In this document: piece by piece, positions 41,201-47,234 of the stretch
How positions within the stretch are numbered: position 1 is the first letter of the stretch
Layout of the letters: the number at the start of each line of letters is the position of its first letter
NCBI GenBank assembly: GCA_965649765.1
Contig: OZ287751.1
Coordinates: 63,612,001 to 63,676,000 of the forward strand
Origin: Bispira polyomma
Taxonomy: Eukaryota
Direction: 5' to 3'
Length of the DNA: 64,000 nucleotides
Notes under the pieces: generated by a model
Told to the model about the DNA's origin: nothing
Databases searched by the model: none
What the model saw: the letters and a program-made list of their open reading frames with translations, nothing else
Program-made: the position numbers and the translations under genes

Positions 41201-44200
41201 ACGTTTTAAAGCAATAAAATACCTTTTATCGACTTTATTTTATAACATTTCCTTCAATCGCAGATTCTGCCATTTGTAAACAAAACAACCAAATATCTCA
41301 CTCTGCGCAGCTTCTAAAATATTAAACTACAGTGACTGTTTGTCTGCTACATTTTCATTGGTTCAAAATCGAGGAGTTGTCCTGTGACAACCAATCAACG
41401 ACTAGCTTTCTTCTACCAAATTCCAAGCGCCACCAAGCGAGTGGATTTGTTACCGCATAAAAAACAGTGTTTTATTTATTCAAACCCTAGCAACCATAAA
41501 GGGGAAGTTTTCGTTCTTTGTATTGCACATCAGATGCATTTATCAGACAGCATATATGGTGTGATCTACTTCCAATATACTTTTTGAAGAATATAAGCAA
41601 TTTTTATTTGATGAATTTTTACATTGGCCAAATTGCTTACTTTTGTCCCCCATTTGAAATTACATGCCCCCAGTTTTTCAGTGACAGTGGGGGAGTGCCC
41701 CAACATTTTGAAATTCCTAGAATAGACACTGCATATTATATATGGACTTATGGTGAATTTTATGGAAAGATACTCGAGTAAGGATTAAGGAATCTAAAAT
41801 TGGCCACTGTATCTGAAATTAGCCATCTAGAAAATGTTGTGTTTTTGGTAATATTGTGGGTAATATTTGCTAAAATCAAGATTTTTGTGACTATTTAGTC
41901 TTACTTAACCACGTTCCAGTTATATTTCACCAGTTTTTATTGATTTAGCTTAACTTTTAGAGGTGGCCAATTTCAGGTACAGTGGCCAATTTTAGATTCT
42001 TTACTCTAAATAGTCCTGATTTTTTTATCAGGGGTACCGTAATGGCGTATCAGAATTAGAAAATTTTAAGGGCCACTAAATATTTATACGGGCCACTAAA
42101 GTGTAAAAGATACTGGCCCTGCTGGCCACCTTCAGTTTCCAACGTGTCTATGCCCCTGAATGTGGTTAAGTAAGACTAAATAGTCACAAAAATTTTGATT
42201 TTAGCAAATATTACCCACAATATTACCAAAAATACAACATTTTCTAGATGGCCAATTTCAGATACAGTGGCCAATTTTAGATTCCTTAATCCTTACTCGA
42301 GTATCTTTCCATAAAATTCACCATAAGTCCATATATAATATGCAGTGTCCATTCTAGGAATTTCAAAATTTTGGGGCACTCCCCCACTGTCACTGAAAAA
42401 CTGGGAAAATGTAATTTCAAATGGGGGACAGAAGTAAGCAATTTAGCCAATGTAAAAATTCATCAAATAAAAATTGCTTATATTCTTCAAAAAGTATATT
42501 GGAAGTAGATCACACCATATATGCTGTCTGATAAATGCATCTAATGTGCAATACAAAGAACGAAAACTTCCCCTTTAAGGTTGCTAGGGTTTGAATAAAT
42601 TATACACTGTTTTTTATGTGGTAACAAATCCACTCGCTAGGTGGCGCTTGGAATTTGGTAGAAGAAAGCTAGTCGTTGATTGGTTGTCACAGGACAACTC
42701 CTCGATTTTGAACCAATGAAAATGTAGCAGACAAACAGTCATTGTAGTTTAATATTTTAGAAGCTGCGCAGAGTGAGATATTTGGTTGTTTTGTTTACAA
42801 ATGGCAGAATCCGCGATTGAAGGAAATGTTATAAAATAAAGCCGATAAAAGGTATTTTATTGCTTTAAAACGTTGCAGAACACGTGGACTTGGAATCCTG
42901 TATATCGCTCATGCATTGAAGCAATTAAAATGCGTTTTTTATTTGTGTAGTGGTTTCGTTTAGCGATCGCGAAAACCGGAAGTAAGCAAACTTCTTCGAG
43001 AACAGCTTTCGTCTTTTCGCCTCTAAATCTAAATCGCCAGCCGGGCGACCCCGATAAACATTTTACTCGTCCTTATCGGAATAAAGTCGCCACTGGCGAG
43101 TTGGCGACTGCGAATTTTCGCCCCTGTCATAATATCTTATTTTAATTTCATAAAATCAGTTTATAAATTGGTGAACCCAAGTAGTGTTGCAATCGATTTT
43201 TAAAATATATAACCAGTTTTTGGAAGAAAATTCAGGGCCAAAATCCAGTTTAACTGCTCTGGGGAATTTTATGTAAAAGTTTAACTAAATTGCAGATTTT
43301 TCTGCTTGTTACATATTTTTCGGTCAAGTGGCTCTCGCTTTTAAGTTCTGATAGACTGCTCAAGTATTCAAAGTGAACATATTGACTTGCTGACTTCTAC
43401 ATTTGTTTGGCTGACCACTACTGCTGTATATTATGTCACAATTTAATATACTTACAGTTCATCTAAGTTTGTTAACCCTTGAAAGGTAGAAGGCAAGACA
43501 TCAATAATCCTATTTGAAGATAAATCCCTGTAACAACATAAAACACAGTTAAAATTCTATTTCCACAGAACAAAAGTCTGTATCAATACTCAAGTGCGTG
43601 TAAAGGGTTGCAGGCCACTAGATTTAGTGTTATACGCATATGACTCTAGAAACTAAGGATGGAACCGAGGGCTCGACACTCCCTGTATGAGCCATATTTT
43701 GTGAGGAATCGAGTCCATTTCCCCCACTCGACTACTCACTATTATAGCAGATTATTGCTCACACAATATAAAAGATACATAAAATATTAACATTTGTACA
43801 TTTCGGCCTGGTTACTCACACAATACATAAAATATTACCATTTGCACATTTCGGCCTTGTTACATAAAAAAATATGTCAGATTTGGTAAAATAACCCACA
43901 TTTCATTCCATATTCCTAAATATGTTGTAAAATATCAGACATTTTTACACAATAACATTGCTACGGGAAACGGCTATATTTGTTTCTGGCATTTACATAC
44001 AACTAATCTAATGATATTTTTAAGGACGGAACGAGTAGTCAGTTAATCCCCGACGGAGCGGTTCGGCTTGTGGCTCAAGTTACAAATGAGAAGCCGATTA
44101 CTCGACAAGTTTACTTCTGACACACATACAACTCATTAAACCGTATATAAACATCAAATTATATATAATTAGACATCAAAACTCAATATTTTCACTAATA

Positions 44201-45568
44201 TTCACCCCTTTCTTTAGTATTTACAATGTATATATTTTGTACGGTTGGAAGGAAGTAAACAAAAACTGCTTCGTTTTGGTTTGGGTTAAAATATGTTTGC
44301 GAGTACTCAGCACCGAATCGAGTATCACCTAGCAAGTAACCGGGGCCCATTTTCTGGCTTTGTTAACTTAGGCTTTGTACAATCATTGTTTTTCATAAAA
44401 TCACCATTACTACTGTTATACATCAATGTAACATCAATGACACAATTATGTATTAATCATGTCAGACTGGTCAGGCAATGTCTAAAAAATATATTTTTAC
44501 AACGTCACAGGCTGAGAGGGCCCCCCTTGAAGCTGTGTCTGTGGCACAGGCCGCTTCTAGTATTTTATGAATACTGAATTATACACTGAAACTAAGTGCA
44601 AGTTTTATTACTAACAATACACCTAGGAAACAACTCTGTCCTTCGCAGTGCTACATCAGTAAATTGCTCATTTGAATATTGTTAAATAAAGCAATGACTG
44701 GCCAGTATGTACATCTGTTAATAAAATGACATCTTCGGCAGTTTCATTTAGAAGAAAGCAATTAACGGAACTCCCCAGAAATAGCAATAAAACTTGTCTT
44801 TTGTAAGTGCATGAATTTCATGCAAGTAATTAATGGAACTTTGCGGAAGTCTCCGAAAATAGCAATTATTAGAGCAAAAATGTGTACATACTACGTGCAT
44901 ATTCGTCATTTGTAAATGTTGATTAAATTACCAGAGTCGTTAAATTACATTATATTACCGTATTATCATATATCAGTTAATATTTGCTTTAATAAATCGA
45001 ATTTGATAATAAATATTGTTAATTTCTTGCAATTTTGTTTTATATGTGGCAATATAAATTTAAATATGGTAGCGAGTTGCGGTGGTAGGGACTCGCACAT
45101 AATTGTTTTTCATGGGTCTTGTTTTTATATAGTGTACAGTCACATTACTATTATATTTATAGAATGAATTACCCATCGAATACCTAATATAAGTTTTTCA
45201 ATAATAGCTGTATGTGTACATCTGTAGACGATATCGTTCACAGATAGAGTCGTGTAAGTTTTTTATGTACAGGTGTATCACTAGCCCGATACTGAAACAT
45301 GCTAAAGTATAACACTTCCACTGACAGCTGCAAAACAGTACACACAACTGAGCGATAATAAGAGATAAGTGTCCACTTACAAGATTTTGACCCAAGTCGG
45401 TAGATCTGTTGGTACAGTGTCAAGGTTCCTTTTGCTACAGTCAACCATATGACCGAGACAGGAACAAACTGATGGACACAGAAAGTTTTCACTCCAAGCA
45501 GTACTCCAGAAATACGCAAAAATAATAACAAAAGAAACCTTCAATTTACAAAACATTATATCCGCCAT
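6765..45568 (-). CDS. LRIG: LRIG-family leucine-rich repeat and Ig-domain receptor, 5' part (coding exons 1-9; continues beyond left edge)
   Basis: Manually spliced exons 45568-45381, 43527-43456, 38308-38237, 37109-37038, 31120-30983, 26493-26350, 20336-20193, 11063-10992 and 6836-6765 join in one frame with AG/GT boundaries. The product is signal peptide + LRRNT (CPSVCSCLGHMVDCSKRNL...P..LP.WV) + LxxLxLxxN repeats. It includes LRIG-typical segments recalled from memory: GLTF.GL..L..LKL.RNNI..L.DGAFWGLS, GLYGL, WEFC. The Ig, TM and tail exons are not in the window. Confidence 0.9.
7007..7224 (+). mobile_element. Same MITE family, copy 4
   Basis: TAGAGTAAAGAATTCTAAAATTCGTCAC...TTTTAGATTCCTTATTCTA. 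Confidence 0.8.
7427..7597. repeat. 57-bp tandem repeat, 3 near-identical copies
   Basis: ATGGATTGGTTGGAAGCAATCAACACTG..AAACTGAGGGGTGTCAGATTTATTGTC at 7427, 7484 and 7541. Confidence 0.95.
10614..10975. mobile_element. hAT-type MITE (362 bp)
   Basis: Imperfect TIRs TAGGGTTGGGACAGG / CCTGTTCACAAGCCTA; 8-bp TSD ATGTTAAT (10606-10613) vs ATGTGAAT (10976-10983). Confidence 0.7.
10992..11063 (-). CDS. LRIG: LRIG exon 8 (72 nt)
   Basis: cag|A...AT|gtgagt; ELDNNSLTQLKKAGLYGLESLKSM. Confidence 0.9.
11281..11413 (-). mobile_element. tRNA-derived SINE 5' portion
   Basis: Minus strand GGAGCCACGGTGGCCTAGTGGTTAG (A box) ... GAGTTCAAATCC (B box). Confidence 0.65.
12639..12863. repeat. 30-bp tandem repeat (~7.5 copies)
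   Basis: AAATCGCC(T/C)AAATCTTG(G/A)GAGGTAGCT(CT/TG)A units. Confidence 0.92.
12864..13620. repeat. ~90-bp tandem repeat array (interrupted)
   Basis: GATATAGGTTAGAGAC(C)AAAAAAC..ATAATTTTGACTTGCATGAATCACTACAAAACAC...GATTTTGTCCAA units. Confidence 0.9.
15026..15550. mobile_element. ~520-bp TIR element (MITE-like)
   Basis: Terminal CCGGTTCCGCTCT ... AGAGCGGAACCTG; CpG-rich interior. Confidence 0.5.
17690..18120. repeat. Degenerate CA-rich minisatellite
   Basis: Recurring ACAGCCATACAGGCACT(C)AGACACAC / CACACCCATAC motifs. Confidence 0.75.
19380..19580 (+). mobile_element. Old L2-clade LINE 3' fragment
   Basis: YLFKLVYPP* followed by a 3' UTR (TTCCCTCCCTGTACACCCC...TCTATTGGTT...CACTTTA.AGATG) that recurs inverted at ~62830-62960. 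Confidence 0.55.
20193..20336 (-). CDS. LRIG: LRIG exon 7 (144 nt, two LRRs)
   Basis: poly-T tract, then cag|T...TT|gtaagt; DLYRNKLEVIAGLTFSGLEKLSTLKLKRNNITQLSDGAFWGLSNINTL. Confidence 0.93.
22741..22927. mobile_element. Tc1/pogo(Tigger)-like MITE
   Basis: TA|CAGTAGAGCCTCTGTTATCTGAAC...GTTCAGATGATAGAGGTACTAC; same family as 26691-26874. Confidence 0.6.
25294..25515 (+). mobile_element. Same 'TAGAGTAAGG' MITE family, copy 5
   Basis: TAGGTTAAGGAATCTAAAATTCGCCGATG...CGGCGAATTTTAGATTCCTTACTCTA. Confidence 0.8.
26039..26290 (-). mobile_element. L2-clade LINE 3' fragment with (GATTA)n tail
   Basis: Minus strand encodes PMLWNDLLHDIPTFPLLTSFRNKLKMYLLSKVFPP (compare the C-terminus of the 47346-49988 ORF), then GCGCCTTGGAATCCGC...GATTAAGTGCTATAAAGATTAGATTAGATTA; a shorter relative lies at ~15860-15985. 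Confidence 0.8.
26350..26493 (-). CDS. LRIG: LRIG exon 6 (144 nt, two LRRs)
   Basis: cag|A...CT|gtaagt; YLNNNRITKLAKGTLDNLPNLEMLRLGKNQIGTLPAKVFKKLSQLKLL (inside ORF 26346..26561). Confidence 0.92.
26691..26874. mobile_element. Tc1/pogo(Tigger)-like MITE
   Basis: CAGTAGAACCTTTATTATC ... GATAATAGAGGTTCTACTG TIRs. Confidence 0.7.
27908..28075 (-). mobile_element. 3' half of the SINE family seen at 6441
   Basis: Reverse complement of AGTATGCTTC...TGTAAAC.GTAAAGTCGG.TGAGACCTCAAT.GAGGTG..ATCAGACT. Confidence 0.75.
30983..31120 (-). CDS. LRIG: LRIG exon 5 (138 nt, two LRRs)
   Basis: cag|A...CT|gtaagt; SHNKLRSLSKTLLRRTPLLRQLDVGFNKLTELTNGTFPFLPNLHQL. Confidence 0.9.
34757..34984 (-). mobile_element. 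Same 'TAGAGTAAGG' MITE family, copy 6 (opposite orientation)
   Basis: Same TIRs with the internal core inverted. Confidence 0.8.
35540..35688. mobile_element. ~150-bp MITE (PIF/Harbinger-like TIR)
   Basis: GGGCCGTATTCACAAACATTCTT ... AAGAATCTTTGCAAACACCAGCCC; related element at ~57817-57931. Confidence 0.5.
37038..37109 (-). CDS. LRIG: LRIG exon 4 (72 nt)
   Basis: tag|A...CT|gtaagt; KLMYNELDELPTFPVNYSLTHLLL. Confidence 0.87.
38237..38308 (-). CDS. LRIG: LRIG exon 3 (72 nt, one LRR)
   Basis: cag|G...TT|gtgagt; NLSGNKIRLLNSELFTHFRQLKTL. Confidence 0.87.
38570..38906 (-). mobile_element. hAT-type MITE, diverged inverted copy of 39824-40198
   Basis: TAGTGGGTAAAT start and ATTTACCCA end; interior homologous in inverse orientation to the 39824 copy. 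Confidence 0.7.
39824..40198 (+). mobile_element. hAT-type MITE (375 bp)
   Basis: TIR TAGTGGGTAAAT...ATTTACCCACTA with a perfect 8-bp TSD ATATACTC on both sides. Confidence 0.85.
40699..43126. mobile_element. Outer copy of a 1211-bp non-autonomous TIR element, split by an inverted copy of itself
   Basis: Ends CAGGGGC...GCCCCTG; 6-bp TSD TCATAA (40693-40698, 43127-43132); 2428 - 1211 - 6 = 1211 bp. Confidence 0.92.
40948..42158. mobile_element. Inner, inverted 1211-bp copy of the same element
   Basis: Ends CAGGGGC...GCCCCTG; 6-bp TSD AATGTG (40942-40947, 42159-42164); carries an intact nested TAGAGTAAGG-family MITE at 41774-42008. Confidence 0.92.
43456..43527 (-). CDS. LRIG: LRIG exon 2 (72 nt, one LRR)
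   Basis: cag|G...CT|gtaagt; DLSSNRIIDVLPSTFQGLTNLDEL. Confidence 0.9.
45381..45568 (-). CDS. LRIG: LRIG coding exon 1 (signal peptide + LRRNT)
   Basis: MADIMFCKLKVSFVIIFAYFWSTAWSENFLCPSVCSCLGHMVDCSKRNLDTVPTDLPTWVKIL; ATG in strong context GCCATCATGG; donor TT|gtaagt. Confidence 0.9.
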
Positions 45569-45839
45569 GATGGCAAGTGGAAGGTGGGCCTCAGCCCCAA
45601 AAAAATCAAAACACGGTAGAAAATATCCAATGTTACGTCCTGTCCACTGCATACACTCTCTTTAAATCGTGTGAAATGTTTAATCTATTCCTCTGTGATA
45701 CTGTTGCTCCATTTTTTCGGTGTGTACCCGTCTAACAACTGTAATAATCTAACTTAATTAGCACCTCCTCACAACACAACACTTGGTAATCCATATTACG
45801 GGCACGTTATGAACTCTTGTCAAGTACTGGGCGCTTCCC

Positions 45840-45861
45840 ATTGGCTGGCGCTGATCACGTG
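45840..45861 (-). promoter_or_regulatory. Candidate LRIG proximal promoter module: E-box CACGTG plus CCAAT box
   Basis: Minus strand reads GCACGTGATCAGCGCCAGCCAATGGGAAGCGC, about 270 bp upstream of the ATG, in a locally CpG-richer patch. Confidence 0.5.
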
Positions 45862-46735
45862 CCTGCATATTTTAACACCTCGGTAAAAGGCAACCGAGTA
45901 CAATCTGCTTTTTCTTCTGTTCAGGGAGGGAATACTATATATGATGAATGGGACCTTTATCCAATGAGGACACGGGTTGTAAACGATTAGACTTACATAA
46001 CTGAATCATATATAAAACACAGTGTATAAACAAACTTCTAGATAACTTGATAACGTCTATATATTTTTTCCGTGGGAAGACGCGGAGGAAACAGCTTTTA
46101 GAAATGTTTTATAATCTTATGTATAAACAGACAAACAAACAGACAAACAAACAGTTCTCTTTTTAAGCCGATTACCGGCCCTGATTGCTAATTAATTTAG
46201 ATACAAACACAACTGGCGTCCTTTAAGTATGCATGTATTTATAAATGCATTAATTATATGCGTTTGTTTATTTGTCCCCACTATAATTAAGTAGGCATAA
46301 CACATTTGGTTTAGGTGTAATCTTATTAATGCTTCACACGAAGTTCAAAATGTTTGGTTCTTTTCACAATTTGTGTGTTTGTTATTGTCATGGAACTGAA
46401 CTAGTTTAATGAATGCATATTAATCGGAAAGTTTTAATAAAGATTATTAATTAGGCAGAATTAATAATTTGACAAGCAAAAAGTGAGTATATTAGCAAGA
46501 TATGTAAATGTTAACCTAGATTTTTAAGATTGAATAACAAAGACACGTGTGATCAGGTTCCTTGACTAATATTTGAGCAGATCGGAGTTATTGATAAGAT
46601 CGAAAGCCTTTGTTGCATTGATAGGAAAGCCTACCCTGGAAAGAAAATAACTGAGCATAATACACAGAAAAGAAAAGGGAATAAACCTTGAATTTACTGA
46701 GTTTAATTCTTTCCTTCGGTGTGTGACTTGTTATG

Positions 46736-46843
46736 ATAATCAACTATCCTAAAATATATACAATAATCAACTATCCTAAAATATATATAATAATCAACTA
46801 TTCTAATATGCATACAATAATTAACTATCCGAAAATATATACA
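46736..46843. repeat. 27-bp tandem repeat x4
   Basis: ATAATCAACTATCCTAAAATATATACA units. Confidence 0.85.
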
Positions 46844-47234
46844 TTAACATTTACAAACTATGGCAAATTTTAAGAAGGAAATCGTTGTTGGCTTTAAACA
46901 GAATCAATTTCACCAATTTAATATAATTTGAAACTTTCCATATGCAAACTGTGGATATTGTACAATATGACCATTGTTTTAGAAAAGTTATAAATTTGTT
47001 TAAACTTTAACATTAGTCACACTTCCCTTAATCTAATAAATAGATCATTTAATTATATATGGTTAACCATTACATATGCTACATGTCTACAGTTGCCCTA
47101 TAAAAAGTAATTACCCTATAATGTGTAGATCAATAATAAAAAATCAAAGACATCAGCCATATTCGTATATTTTGTCGATTTTAATATGCACTCTTTAGTT
47201 TTTTTACCATTGTCACATTTTTAAATTCCTTAAA

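Noticed and set aside
40699-43126. Assembly artefact (inverted haplotype duplication)
   Set aside because: Two independent exact 6-bp TSDs, complete termini on both copies, exact length balance and scattered substitutions favour a real insertion.
43600-44355. Probable TE with TACTCG/CGAGTA subterminal motifs in intron 1
   Set aside because: It is CpG-rich and TE-like, but I could not define matching termini or a TSD.
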